A DNA stretch of 64,000 nt, taken from positions 424,514,001-424,578,000 of the forward strand of contig CM097883.1 of assembly GCA_044892505.1 (NCBI GenBank), written 5' to 3'. Origin of the DNA: Schmidtea nova (lineage: Eukaryota). The translations under genes were made by a program, and so were the position numbers. Numbering within the stretch: position 1 is the stretch's first letter; each line of letters starts with the position of its first letter. Shown here piece by piece: positions 28,505-41,031 of the stretch. The notes under the pieces are model-generated. The model searched no databases. It worked only from the letters and a program-made list of their open reading frames with translations, and was not told where the DNA came from.

Positions 28505-29188
28505 TTATTTATTTTTTTCTAGGGTTTCTTTTTTGGGACTTTCTTGAACGAAAGTAGATTTCTCTTCTTGTTCGGAAATCTCTTTAGCATTTGAAATCAA
28601 CTCCAATGCTGTTTGATTCAACTTTATACTATTTCTAAAATTAACACTGCTTTGACTATCCTGAGAAGTCTGAGGATATTTCTTAAAAGACATCCGTTTG
28701 GCGAGAATATGATTAATGACAGTTCCGTCTTCAATTTCATCATTCACTTGACTTTGAATTGGCTTCATGTTAATAACACATTCAAAGATATCTTGTTCTT
28801 TCGACCATTTTCCAGATTTGAACATATAGTCAGTTGCCAACGAAACAACTATGATGGAAATTAAAGAAACGATCATTGAAAAGGTTTTGTAGGGAAATAG
28901 TTGAATCTTTTGTTCTTTGTCATAGTATGGAAATTTGATCAAGGCTGGAAACCCAATGGAGCTTTCACCTGCTGATAGTCGAAACAAAAATCCGATAACA
29001 TAACCGGTTAATGAACCGTATGTATTTGATCGGTCCAGATATACAACACACACTAGCTGGGGGAAAATAATGACATATACCAAATCGGAACACAGATACC
29101 AAAGTTCATAAATTGATTTGATTTTAATTCCCATTAGGCATGCAAGAGCACCAATAAAAAATACACTTATTCTCATGATCCATATTAT
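28505..29188 (-). CDS. SLC5A7: High-affinity choline transporter (SLC5A7/CHT1-like), last coding exon
   Basis: IIWIMRISVFF...LWYLCSDLVYVIIFPQLVCV...SNTYGSLTGYVIGFLFRLSAGE...FPYKT; acceptor TTCAG at 29189-29193, phase 0. Confidence 0.9.
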   Translation of the reverse strand: MIWIMRISVFFIGALACLMGIKIKSIYELWYLCSDLVYVIIFPQLVCVVYLDRSNTYGSLTGYVIGFLFRLSAGESSIGFPALIKFPYYDKEQKIQLFPYKTFSMIVSLISIIVVSLATDYMFKSGKWSKEQDIFECVINMKPIQSQVNDEIEDGTVINHILAKRMSFKKYPQTSQDSQSSVNFRNSIKLNQTALELISNAKEISEQEEKSTFVQESPKKETLEKNK

Positions 29189-31036
29189 CTGAACATAAAA
29201 TATAAAATATAAAATATGCGTATCCAAATTAATTTGATAATAGATCTCAACAAAGTTTGCCATTATATCTTAAAACTTCTTGATTTTAAATTTGGATGTC
29301 CTCGTTGAAGTTAGAATTCTGTCCTACAGTATTTAATGGAATCCTCGTTAAAATTATATGACGGACTTTAATCGTTGTCGTGAAAAAAAGAAAGAACTGA
29401 TTTCTCTCTCATAGGATTAAACATTAAAAATAAATTCACTTGGAACATCCACTGGATACCTTTTTTCAATTTCAATATAATACGAATATCTGAAACAATT
29501 TAAAAGAGCAATAAATATTTTATTCAATTTTCAATGTCGTATTTATGCAAGTTAATACATTCAACTTGCACCAACAGAAAATAATAAATGATCAAGGTTG
29601 GGAAATAAAATTTATAGTTGGTCAGACTTCATGTAGGGGCAATAACAAAACATCCTCAATCACATATTTCGCATTATATATTGCGCTAATATCACTCTTC
29701 TCTTGATTTGTATTAAATATTTGTTTAATTATTAGTCTTGTGAAAATTATTTTTCGTTTTTGTTATTTTTTTTATTTTGAGAATATAATTATTTTATGTT
29801 TTAGGTATAAAAATTGTTTTAAATTCAAATCATTGACTGCCAAATTTTTATTTTTGATACATTTGCTGTATTATAAAATTATAAATTTATATGTCAAATA
29901 CTTTTACATATAGGGCAACATTGAAACAAAAAATGATTATGACATTTAAAAGGTATGTGTGTTATTTAATATATGTTATTTAAAATAATCCAATTGTAAG
30001 TAAAAAAAATAAAATATTCAAATCCACATTTTGGGATTGCGGTAGCAAATGCATTAATATTTCTAATAGGAAATATAATATTTATGTTTAATTTATCGAG
30101 TTCNNNNNNNNNNNNNNNNNNNNNNNNNNNNNNNNNNNNNNNNNNNNNNNNNNNNNNNNNNNNNNNNNNNNNNNNNNNNNNNNNNNNNNNNNNNNNNNNN
30201 NNNNNNNNNNNNNNNNNNNNNNNNNNNNNNNNNNNNNNNNNNNNAACATGACACTAAAATAATTAAAAACAAACACCAATCCAAAAATATATTTCGAGAA
30301 CTTCATTCTCATCATCAGGTCCTATTCATTCTACCATTCCAATAAAAATCAAATAAATTGATTTTCAAACAAATTAATTTTTTTTAAATGTATATTATAA
30401 TTTTATAAAATAGCCAAAACCTTTAAAACAATAAAATTATTTTTTAATTTAAATAAATTAATCTTAAAAAATAATATTCTCTTTTTTTAAATAAGTATTT
30501 TTTAAAGAATTTTTTATAAATATTCACATGACTGAAGACGAAGACGNNNNNNNNNNNNNNNNNNNNNNNNNNNNNNNNNNNNNNNNNNNNNNNNNNNNNN
30601 NNNNNNNNNNNNNNNNNNNNNNNNNNNNNNNNNNNNNNNNNNNNNNNNNNNNNNNNNNNNNNNNNNNNNNNNNNNNNNNATATTTTTAAAAATTTTAATT
30701 TTGTCCGGAAAAACGAAATTCCGGTTAATAAGATCCACCAGATTTAGAGATAGTTCTCTGTCTTCAATTATGGTGTATAATCGAATTATTATATTGCAAT
30801 CAAAAAATTGTTTTTTGATAGATTAGAATTGGAAAATATATATTTCACATTAAAAAAAATAGCGATTTGAATAAGACAGCGCTCTGGCACTTACCGAGAC
30901 TCATTTCTCTGTTCTCACTATTTATTTAGGTGTCCCGATTCATACTATATATTATTTTCATTCATTAATAGAAATAGAGAGTAAAATCAACAGAAAAAAG
31001 GAATTAAAATTAATTTTATAAGCAGAAATGAATTAC

Positions 31037-31275
31037 TAGTTTGTCGCTTGCTGTTTGCCAGAAAATAGATTTAACGACATTTCTAGCAAACATTGACGCT
31101 GCAGAAAGAATAGATGAATCAGCTGAGGACATGACTGCGGCTGAAACCGCTCCAAGTCCAATGAATGCTACCCATTGTGGACATAACCAATGCATGACCA
31201 GTGGCAGCACATTTTTGTATTGAGATACTTGTAGAGTGTTGTTAACGACCAAAGGGAATTTTGTCGCATTCCAAT
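31037..31275 (-). CDS. SLC5A7: SLC5A7-like penultimate coding exon
   Basis: (D)WNATK...VLPLVMHWLCPQWVAFIGLGAVSAAVMSSADSSILSAASMFARNV..SDKL; AG acceptor 31276-31277, GT donor 31035-31036, joins next exon in frame. Confidence 0.9.
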
Positions 31276-31572
31276 CTGAAATTAATTAATTACAAATTTT
31301 CTATTTTTTTATTCAGTGAAAATATTTAATTAATATAACAAGATTTATTGATTAATTAACATTTGTTGTAAGAAAATCAGTTTAATTTCATAAATTTAAA
31401 TATTATTTTAAACAAAATTTACTTGATACTATTTAAAATATTTAAAATAATATTTTATTAATATATCAATTGAAGGTTACAAAAGAGATTCCAACGGTGC
31501 TGTGCCCAATTTGGCGAGTTGATAGCGCTAGAGTTGTCTAAGATTCTAAATGTCTTAATAAATTTTTTACTA

Positions 31573-32132
31573 CCTCTGTTCAAAAATGATTGTCTCATTT
31601 GACATTTGTTACCAACTTAACAATATAAGATGACAATATGTCATTTGTGTATGAGCAATCGAATCCGTTTATAATAATCAGTTTATAACGTTCAGTTTAT
31701 AATATTTTCATAAATAACTAGCAATTTCTGAAATTTGTAATTTTTGGCTGTGTACCAAAATAACCTACTGCTATTTTCTTTGCAGTCCATATAACCTTAA
31801 ATTATGGAAATGCAACGTTTTGGAGTAAAGTTCAAAAATTTAAGTGACGAGGAGAGAAATGCCATCCTGCAAACACTTCTGGTGCGATCTAACAATAAGA
31901 AATTGCCAAAAGGAACAATTACAGATGTTCCTGTAGAATTTAAAAAGTCCCCGAATACAATTTATGAGTTATGTAAAATAATATAAGTAGTTTGTAATAA
32001 AATATTTATTTGATAAATAAAAAAAGTTGTCTAGAGCAAAAGCGAAGTTAATATATTGAATATAAAACTAACGAGACAATCATTTTTGAACAAAGATTTT
32101 CACCAAAACGGACAATCATTTTTGAGCGGAGG
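31573..32132 (+). mobile_element. Deleted Tc1/mariner element
   Basis: TA-CCTCTGTTCAAAAATGATTGTC / GACAATCATTTTTGAGCGGAGG-TA; ORF 31804-31986 resembles the N-terminal HTH (LSDEERNAILQTLLVRS..KLPKG). Confidence 0.7.
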
Positions 32133-33289
32133 TAATATTTAAAAAAAATATTTAATAGTATTTTGATAGCAATGTTTCAGTGATCTGTTTGGTGTTAACA
32201 ATTTGGTTGTTTAAAAATGAAATCGTGCAAATTAATTTTATTTGATTTACATTTAGCAAAGATCAAAATTTTTTTGAACTTTATGAAATGGTTAGAAAAG
32301 AAAAAAATGGAATGTTTAATTAATATATAGCATCAGTTCCCAAAGCAGTCCAAAACACAACTAAGTTAACTGACTAAATTTTCCTGCTTTTTCATAATAT
32401 GTCTGATGTGTCTACCCATACATCTACTATCACTGTTCTAATAATACGTCCATAAAATTCTCTTACACATTTATGAGTCATCGTCATAACAGTAGCAATC
32501 ACCGAGTATGATGGTCCTTAATGTATTATTTTTTTAATAACGAAATGGCAAAAACATAATTAAAGAATTAATTTTATTATGAAAATTATTAATTTAAATT
32601 AAATTAAGTTTTTTTAAAATGTTAAAATTTGAAAACACAAATATACAATAAAAATATTTATTTGTGTTACTAATTTAACTGTTTATACTTCAATTTGAAA
32701 TAAAAAACACATTTCAAGTCTAAGTTTTGAACAAAACTTTTAATAAATGTATTGTTTGTATTGTATCTTTTGTAGAAGTTTTACCTCACGTTCCTAGTGC
32801 CCTTCAAGTCTTTCCGCTCTTGGCAAATATCCCTTTATCAATGCTTTGGTCATTGGTATTTATTTTTGTAATGAGTTTTATAGTGTGTAATTAATGTACT
32901 TTGTTATTTATTGTTTAATTGGTATTAATTGTTCGAGTTATAATAAATTCTGTATGTATGTAGTTGTGGAGGATTAAAGAGTCCAATAAAAATAACTGTA
33001 TCGGGACTGTTGGTGTGATTATTATATAAGTGTCTGGATGTGTGTAATGTATGTAATTATACTGTAGCAACAAATAAATAAAGAACAATAAATAATTTTA
33101 CAAATTTTATTATCTACAGACAACAATAAAATATAAAAAAGAACCTGTACTCACGTAATCACAAATCTGTTTGTCATTCATAAATTTTCATCATTTGTTT
33201 TTTTTTAATTTTTTTCGATTTTTTTTAATTTCCAAATTTATATTTATCAGTGACAAATAAAAAATTGGAAATTAAAAGAAATCGAAAAA

Positions 33290-33934
33290 AAATTAAGAAA
33301 AACAAATGATGAAAATTTATGAATGACAAACTGATTTCAATATGTTTTTTTTGAGTTTGCGTGTTGAGTTAGAGCTTAAATGCCACCATACATGACAGTA
33401 AACGTTATATTACACAGTTTGCATCTTGCTTTGCTGTTGGATTTTTCATTTCCAACATAGCCTTCGCTGACCCAAGTATATTTTTTGTCAATCTGCATTG
33501 TAATTGCACTTCCTTCTCTTTGTTGTGGAACCACCTTCTACGTCACTCATTTCTTAGCTAGAATTACTTTAAATTACTTTAAAATTATTTGGCTGTTAAA
33601 GTTATACAGACCTAGTTGATTGATATAAAAAACAAATTTAATATTTAATTTTTCACTTAATAATTCAAAATTTAGATTAATTTATCACTTTACTACACCC
33701 GCAGAAAACTTTAAATAATACTTTAATATTTTGCATTTCCTATTAAACTACAATTTTTATAAAAATAAAATTTTCAATAGCCTACTGCGGTATAAAAAAT
33801 TTGAATTTCAAAATTTTCAAAGCGTTATGAGAAATACCGGACAAATGTACGTCCGGTCCTTCTAATTTTTTCCCACCGGACAAGTAGTTGAATTAACGGA
33901 CTGTCCGGTTCAAAACCGAATACCTGTCAACCGT
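33290..33934 (-). mobile_element. Truncated 5' end of a hAT-like transposon
   Basis: Broken frame KRRKCNY...KARCKLCNITFTVMYGG..ALTQHANSKKH (BED-like finger); ACCGG/CCGGA subterminal repeats near 33840-33934. Confidence 0.5.
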
Positions 33935-34772
33935 ATTTGTCACTTATAATTTCTTGTTATTTTCAAATCAATCAATTTTTTTTATTTCTCCTTAGCAATT
34001 TCTATAACTATTTTAGTTAACTAGAAATTGCCATTTTAATTGATTTTTTTATATATTTAAAAATTTTAATTGTGATTATCATAATCATAATTATTATAAT
34101 TATAATTGCAATTATTATAACACCACATTACAATTGTATTATAATAATTATAAAAAAAATAATAATTATAAACAAAAAATTAACTACACCACAAAGGGGA
34201 ATACTAAATGGGGGGGGGGTTTAAAATTAAAAATAACAATGACACAAACACCCAAAATTATCAAGATTAAAAATGAAATTTAAAAATAAAAAATTAGAGT
34301 GCGTACACTACACTTTTTATTAGGCTTTGGCAAGTAGTATTTATGATTGTCTTAATGCGTCGATAAAACATAAACATGTCAACGTATCAAGTTTCAATTA
34401 GAATACAAGCTAAAACATCAAGTAAACCAAAGCACAACAAGATGAGGTACAGTTAACATGAGCCATTAAAATAAAAAATGAAGAAGAATTATGAGAATAC
34501 AAATGTAGTGGTAAGACTAATATTTCGAAAGCAAAAAAAAAGGATCTAGAAAGAGAGTGCATAAATATTGGTCACATTAACATATAAAGGACTATGATCA
34601 CTTCTTTAAAAACACATTATAATATAAGGAAAATTTAACAAAAATCATAGAAAAAACTTCACATGAAAATAAGTTAAAGAAAAGAGATAAAATCAAATTT
34701 AAATAAGGATTGTTTTAAACAATCAATTAACAATGCGATAACACAAAATAAAACCGTATGATGGAAACACAC

Positions 34773-36888
34773 TAAAGATCATCTATCGGTAAAAACCTTT
34801 ACCGTTTACCGGTAAATTGCACATTTTTTACGTTACCGTTTACCGGTAAAAATATTTACCATTTTACCGGTAATGCGGTAATTGTACAAAATAGAAAAGA
34901 GCGTACAAAAAAATAAGAATTGAAAACCAAAAGACACGACAGAACAATTGAAAAAAGAATTTTTTCCGTCATAAAAAAACATAATAGAGAGAATAACGTT
35001 ACTTTTTTATTTTAAATAAAGAAGAGTAGGCTAGCAGCATTTTAAATTATTTTAAATAAAAGAGAGTAAGCTGTGCTGCTAGACTACTCTTTTTTATTTA
35101 AAATAAAAATGTAGCGTTAGTCTCTCTATTATGTTTTTTTTATGACGGAAAAATTTGTTTTGTCAATTGTTCTGTCTTGTCTTGTCTGATTTGTGGTGTG
35201 ATCGTGATTAAAAAAATTAATATTGGTTTTTAACATTAATAATATATCGTAATACATAGAATAAAAGCATACAATAGTTCGTAAGTAATATAATTTTTAT
35301 CTATGATTTATTATTAAAAGAAATTTATATTAAAAGAAAATAAATATTTTTTAATAAATAGAATATTGTTTAAACAGAATATGGGTTCTTCAAATGTTTG
35401 GGAGCATTTTGAAAAGCGAAAAGATAGTAATAAAGAAGCTATATGCAAATTATGTAAAAATCTATTAAATGTGATGGTGGTTCCACAAGTGGAATGATTT
35501 CGCACCTTAAACTTGTACATAAAATTCTAATAAAAAAAGCAGCTGATAATGATGCAGGTCCTAGTACTTCTGCCTCTACATTTAACACGTTGACGGACAG
35601 TATTAAAATTACAGCATTAAAATTACTTGAACTTGACGGCTATAGACGCAACTGTCCGTCAACGTGTTAAAAAGGAGAAATTATTAATATCCAGCTATTT
35701 ACAACGTGAAACTTTAGAAGAGATTGTGTCTAGACTAATTGCTTTAGATGGTTTCTCTCATTATGGCGTTACAAATTCGTCTTTTATTCGCCAAAGTATA
35801 AATAAACTAGGATACAAGCTGCCAAAAAATTCAACGGGCACGATGGAATTGGTAAAAAATGATTACGAAAAAATCAAAATAGAAATTGTAGAACGATTAC
35901 AGTACAAAATTTTGATTGGAAAACGATTTTCGCTGTCTGTAGATGAATGGACAAGCATCAAAAATAGAAGATATTGCAATATTATTTTATATGATAACAA
36001 TGAAAATTACAATCTTGGTTTAGCAAGAATAACTGGAAAATGCGATGCAAAAAATATCCAGGAAATAATAAGAAAACGATTAAATGAGTTCAAGGTAGAT
36101 TTTGATCATCATATTTTATGTTCAATCAACGATGGTGCAGCAGTAATGCAAAAATATAATAGAGAAAGTCTAGTTGAACCGGTATTATGCTTAAACCATG
36201 CATTACATTTATCAGTGACAGTTTTTATACCAAAAATATGTTGCTGTTGATGAAACTGATCAGAGTTCAATTGAAAATGAGGAAGACATTTTTTTAGAAG
36301 AGGAATATGACAGTGACGCTGATATTGATGATGGTGATTCGGTTGAACCAGATGACCAGATGGTAATTGAGAAGATAAACGAGGCAATTGGTAATGGTGT
36401 ATATAGTCATTCAATTTTTTTCATTCAATTGCAAGCCTTACGCAGCGTCATTAAATATTTTCGATTATCGTCATTAAAAAATGATTTTTTACAAGAGAAG
36501 ATAAAAACCCGACTTGGCAAAGAACTGGAATTAAAAATAGATATAAAGACACGTTGGAATTCCATAGATCCCATGATAGAAAGATATTTACAAGTAAAAG
36601 AAGAAGTAAAAGAAGCCTTAGAATATTTTAATTCTCTTCATTTATTAGCTCCAATAGACGAGAAATATTTGATAAACATCCAAAACATTTTAGAGCCAGT
36701 ACGAATAGCCGCAGAAGCCTTAGCAAGAAATGATGCTACACTATTTACCGCGGAAAGTGTAATTGAATTGTTATGTTCAACTTTGGAAAAAATAGCGATT
36801 CACCAATATCCTCTAACTTCTTAGTTTGTTTGAAAAGAGAAATTAATAAAAGACGTAATATTAAATTATTGTCTCTTGTACAGTATAT
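34773..36888 (+). mobile_element. hAT transposon (BED-finger transposase pseudogene 35381-36888) interrupted by the LTR element
   Basis: TTTACCGGTAA subterminal repeats; VWEHF...CKLC...STSGMISHLKLVH; FSLSVDEWTS; DGAAVM; CLNHALHL; KTRWNS; frame KRRNIKLLSLVQY ends abruptly at the LTR. Confidence 0.85.
34930..35185. repeat. Foldback/MITE with ~100-bp inverted arms
   Basis: TTCCGTCATAAAAAAACATAATAGAGAGA...GAGTAG.CTAGCAGCA and reverse complement. Confidence 0.65.
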
Positions 36889-37450
36889 TGCTGGGATTAT
36901 GGGTGGGTTTTAAGTAATTCAAATAAATAGTTAATCATTAATTGAACGACTATTGATGAGTACGTATACTAGGGATTCCACGCCCATAACCATACATAAC
37001 ATGACTACTACACGCGTATGCCCTTGACTATTCCCTACTAGCCAAGTTGGTACTGCATACGGTGGTGGAAAAATGATGGGCAGGTGAGCTTTGTTGCCAA
37101 AACTACTCCCCATTTATCTTCCCTCGGGTCCTTGCTGCCGATAGAAGGTCTTACGCATTTACATTCTATGGATGTTCGCTTCCTACTGAATTTTATACTA
37201 CACATCCTTATGATCTATCACACGCTTTTCCCCAATTTCACTATCCTTAACTGATCTACAAGGTAATTAATCAGCTCCTACGTAGAAACGGTCGGTTTGA
37301 GAAAAATGCGGCTGCGATTTTTTACTTCTAGGATTTAGCTATTGTTATTTTATTTTATTTAGTGAATTCACACGATGAGAGAAAAATTTTACACAGTAAT
37401 ACTTTTATTAAAATAATAAAGACAGGTTGTTATTTTACATTGAGGTTTTC

Positions 37451-38035
37451 CTATTCAAACTCCAGGCTAATCTCCTGGATTAACTCTGCTTCGGTTAAGG
37501 AGTTCAGGTGGTGGATTTGTTCGTCCAGGCGCTTTGCAAATTCTCGGCGACGACGGCGCTGTCGCGATCCCATTCGATGTTTTCGAAGCTGTTGGTTTAT
37601 GACCGGTGCTGACGCTATTATTCTCGGGGGATCACTGAGAAAAATAGGCAAATCTTCCGTTGTAAGAGTGGGTGCCATGATGATATCATCTTCTGTCCCG
37701 CAAGCGACATCTTGGTGAGTGCATTGTATCCAGCGCTGAGCCGTGATCGGCCGGATTAGCGCTCGCAATTCGGAGTCGATGTAACTTCTTGTTACTGCGT
37801 TCAGGCAATTTCGGAGTTCCCGCTGGACGGCATCTAGTTCCAATTTGGTTGCGGCCAGTGCTTCCTGCATCCGCTCAAGTTTTTTCGACTGGTCCTTCAT
37901 TTGTCCGGGCGAGAACCACTTCGCCCTTAATTCATCATTGGCGACCGTGAGTCGCTTGATCTGTCGCTGCTGGTCCCTCAACTTCCTTTCTTGGATTTGT
38001 CCCATGATTTTCTTGGAATTTTCTGTAGTCGGCAT
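37451..38035 (-). CDS. LTR-encoded 194-aa protein, N-terminal coiled coil, unknown function
   Basis: Open 194 codons, identical translation in both LTRs, AG acceptor 5 nt before ATG, AATAAA cluster ~100 nt downstream. Confidence 0.65.
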   Translation of the reverse strand: MPTTENSKKIMGQIQERKLRDQQRQIKRLTVANDELRAKWFSPGQMKDQSKKLERMQEALAATKLELDAVQRELRNCLNAVTRSYIDSELRALIRPITAQRWIQCTHQDVACGTEDDIIMAPTLTTEDLPIFLSDPPRIIASAPVINQQLRKHRMGSRQRRRRREFAKRLDEQIHHLNSLTEAELIQEISLEFE

Positions 38036-38353
38036 GTTGTCTGAATATTATAACGATAAATTCGCTGGAGGACCTATCAACAATGTTATTTTATTTAGTC
38101 TACTCTTTATTATTATTAAACGAGATGTATACTAATGTTTTTAATTATCGAGTTCTTTACAAAAATATTTAACTATCTAACCATTGAAGACTCAAAAGAT
38201 TTATTGAACTAATTTTGTATTAATAAATGAATTTCCTAATGACTATAACAACTACAATACTAAATCTACATGACAACACTATTAACAAAATGAGACACTT
38301 CAGACTTCTTTAAAACATTTATTAAATTCAAAAATAGGTGGCCATTTATTCAA

Positions 38354-38830
38354 TTATCCATCTCCGGTCGTTTTTCCCCGATACGAAAATATCGATTTAA
38401 TTTGCAAATTTGTGTGGATTCCCGTGCTATTGGACGAGGCTTGCTGGAAGCGGATTCTCTCAGCTTCTCGAAGGGGTCGTATGGCTGTATTGAACTTGAA
38501 CCCCAATTCCTTGAAGGTAGAGGCTGGAATGAACCCCCAATAAATGACACATTTCGGGAATCCTCCTTTGTCCAACATCAGGATGAACCAGGCGGCGTGC
38601 CATGATTCGAATTCCTCGTCTGGAATGATTGGCCAACTAGCGCATCCCCGGTACCATACGTGGTGCCGTGGATGGTCCCATACTGTAAATGGACAGGCGG
38701 TTTCGAGCTCTCGGCGCCATGCCCACATCTTTTGATGGATTTGCTGTAAAATCTCGAAAGGAGCCGGCTTTAATGGGCTAACTCGGGCTCGTTCTTGTCG
38801 TTTTTTGATAGTGTATCTATGCTTAGTCAT
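38354..38830 (-). CDS. LTR-encoded 158-aa Trp/Cys/His-rich protein, unknown function
   Basis: Open 158 codons in a GC-richer island flanked by AT-rich spacers, AATAAA after stop, identical in both LTRs. Confidence 0.6.
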   Translation of the reverse strand: MTKHRYTIKKRQERARVSPLKPAPFEILQQIHQKMWAWRRELETACPFTVWDHPRHHVWYRGCASWPIIPDEEFESWHAAWFILMLDKGGFPKCVIYWGFIPASTFKELGFKFNTAIRPLREAERIRFQQASSNSTGIHTNLQIKSIFSYRGKTTGDG

Positions 38831-40376
38831 GATTCCAAAACGATGCTGAATTTTATAATAGTTACAATTTACATCAATAATTAATCATAGTAAATGTTAT
38901 CTCTCATCGTGATATCTTTATTATTTGCCTACCCCTTAGCTGAAATCAAGAGAAACTGTCGTTCGTTACGGTATACATTACTCTCGTATCTACTTAGCTT
39001 TATCTGTTTACGATCAATATTATAGACGGAAAAAAATGGTGATTTGTCTGCTTGGATTTTCAAAATATTGATACCTCAAAACGGAAGCTCTCTCCCGTCA
39101 TGTATCCCTAGCTTATTCGAAAAAACGCTCTTTTGTATTAAATGCGGTCGACCTAATTTTTCTAAGGTTTATTAGACGTTTATCTAGCCATTGTGCTCTG
39201 GTGAGGGTGAACAATTTGTGCCTCCTCACGGTTAAAAAAAATTCTTTCATATCTTTAAGCGTTATCAAAAAATTTTCGTCCCCTCTGTAGCTAAAATGAT
39301 CGGAAAATAATTCCCCGGATTTGTTGGGTGTCCCATGTGCAAGTCTCAACCACTACTAATAAAATTATGCTTTACTATTTATTACTTTACCGTGTGTGGA
39401 GCCCTCGAGCACCACGCCACGGACGGACACCTTGGGAACCTAAAGCTCCCAACGGCGCAAGATTAATATGATAGTTTAAATAGTTTAAATATAACATAAA
39501 TCAAAATGAGATAACTAATAAATTATAATATGATAATGACATACGAATACAACGATATCATAAACGTAAATATACCAAAAATACCTCAATTGAATTCTGA
39601 AAATTTATTGATCAAAATCGGTCTAAACGGTGATCGTCGTCGGGGCAATGTGCAATCTAATGCGAATTTTTAGTTAAAGTCTAAATTTCAGTCTAACAAA
39701 GTCTACTAAAGTCTCACTCTAGTCAAACGTCTAGTCTATCAAAGTCTGATTTTATGAAAAATCTGATCAGTATTTATACTGATCAGTCGTGTCTAGACTG
39801 ACCAATCAGGTTTGGCCAGTTTCATGGTGGTTTTTAATTATTGTTTTTGATTCTAATTAATTTTTATTTTTTAGATTGTATTCTTCCTTGGAGGTCCGGG
39901 TTTCAAAAACAATTATTCAATAACAAGTACTTTTATTTGGTTTTAATTATTATTATTTGTATTTTATTTGTTTTTAGATGTCTCCTGGGCCCGTTAATAT
40001 CTATAAATTCATTTATTTTTATTTATAGCTTGTACTTAGTTATTCTATATTTTTACTATATTATTCCTTTCTTTTAATAAATAAATATTCCCCTTTTTAC
40101 CTTATTTTTCTCTTTTTTGTTTTAATTAATCTACTTTTATTTCACTGTTCCCTCTATTTGGCTGGCCCAACATCACTCGGGGACCCCTAAAATTGCGTCC
40201 CGCAATTAATTATACATTTACACCTATATCATCATACATAAAAATTAAGCAGATAAATGTCAATTTACATATACACAAAGAATCACGTAAGGTGATAGAT
40301 TTTATACGTAAGCACAAAGTCATATTATTGTTAAATGTAAGTGGATCATACATAAAGTGAATGTAATATATCAGTT

Positions 40377-40949
40377 TTACACAAGCTCTTTGATTTCATG
40401 ATTGGTATTGGATTGGATTGGGGTTCTTTCGCTGATTGTTCGTAGTTCGTAGTGGCTTTGGATTCGGTTTAGGTGTTTTCTCATTCGCTTTTGGGTTCTG
40501 ATGTCTTGTATTGTTGTTCGATTCAGGATGACATGTTTTTGTTTTAAGATCTTCACTCGGTATGATGTTATGAGGATTGTGATCGCGATAATGGTCACGC
40601 TGAGTGCAAGGATTATTATAATTGCGATGATCCATTTTTCTTGATATTCTATCTCTGCTTGGGCTAAGCTTTTTATGGGTTCTCGACCTTCTTTTAGGGT
40701 TTTTCTGATTGTTTTCAATTTGATTCGATGTTCATATAGGACCTGTTGAAATTTTTCATCGTTTGGGTTGTCTGATGTTATCTGTTGAAGTTGGGTGATT
40801 TCTTGTGTTGCTTCGCTGATTAGTTTATCTAGTTCTTGATAGGTTTTCTCGGGTAGGGCTCGTAGCTCCTTCTCTGTGAGTTGAAGATCTTCTCTTTGTA
40901 GGGTGATTGTTATTAGGTATAGGAATATCGGTATTCTGAGCTTTTTCAT
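40377..40949 (-). CDS. 190-aa cargo membrane protein (signal-like N-terminus, coiled coil, TM)
   Basis: MKKLRIPIFLYLITITL; WIIAIIIILALSVTIIAITILIT hydrophobic span. Confidence 0.7.
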   Translation of the reverse strand: MKKLRIPIFLYLITITLQREDLQLTEKELRALPEKTYQELDKLISEATQEITQLQQITSDNPNDEKFQQVLYEHRIKLKTIRKTLKEGREPIKSLAQAEIEYQEKWIIAIIIILALSVTIIAITILITSYRVKILKQKHVILNRTTIQDIRTQKRMRKHLNRIQSHYELRTISERTPIQSNTNHEIKELV

Positions 40950-41031
40950 ACTGTTTTCTTTACAGATAGATCAATACAATTTGACACTACATTTCATACA
41001 ATTATTTACAAAATTATATTTTCCGCTTTAT

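Larger units (their letters stand above)
36889..40172 (-). repeat. 3' LTR (36889-38931 confirmed by match to the other copy; extension to 40172 inferred, 3284 bp)
   Basis: Ends CA on minus strand (TGCTGGG at 36889); candidate start TGTTGGG (cccaaca 40166-40172) forms a 6/7 inverted terminal repeat. Confidence 0.75.

Noticed and set aside
29189-29263. N-terminal 25 codons of ORF 28505-29263
   Set aside because: Intronic; true exon starts after the acceptor at 29189
7385-30738. ORFs dominated by X
   Set aside because: Artefacts of reading through N-gaps
40060-40160. Alternative PPT/LTR starts in pyrimidine-rich tracts
   Set aside because: Not followed by a TG start with inverted-repeat match to the CA end; 40172 fits better but is unverified
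40179-40188. GGGGACCCC as an NF-kB site
   Set aside because: Does not fit the 10-bp consensus; single occurrence; better seen as part of the PPT region
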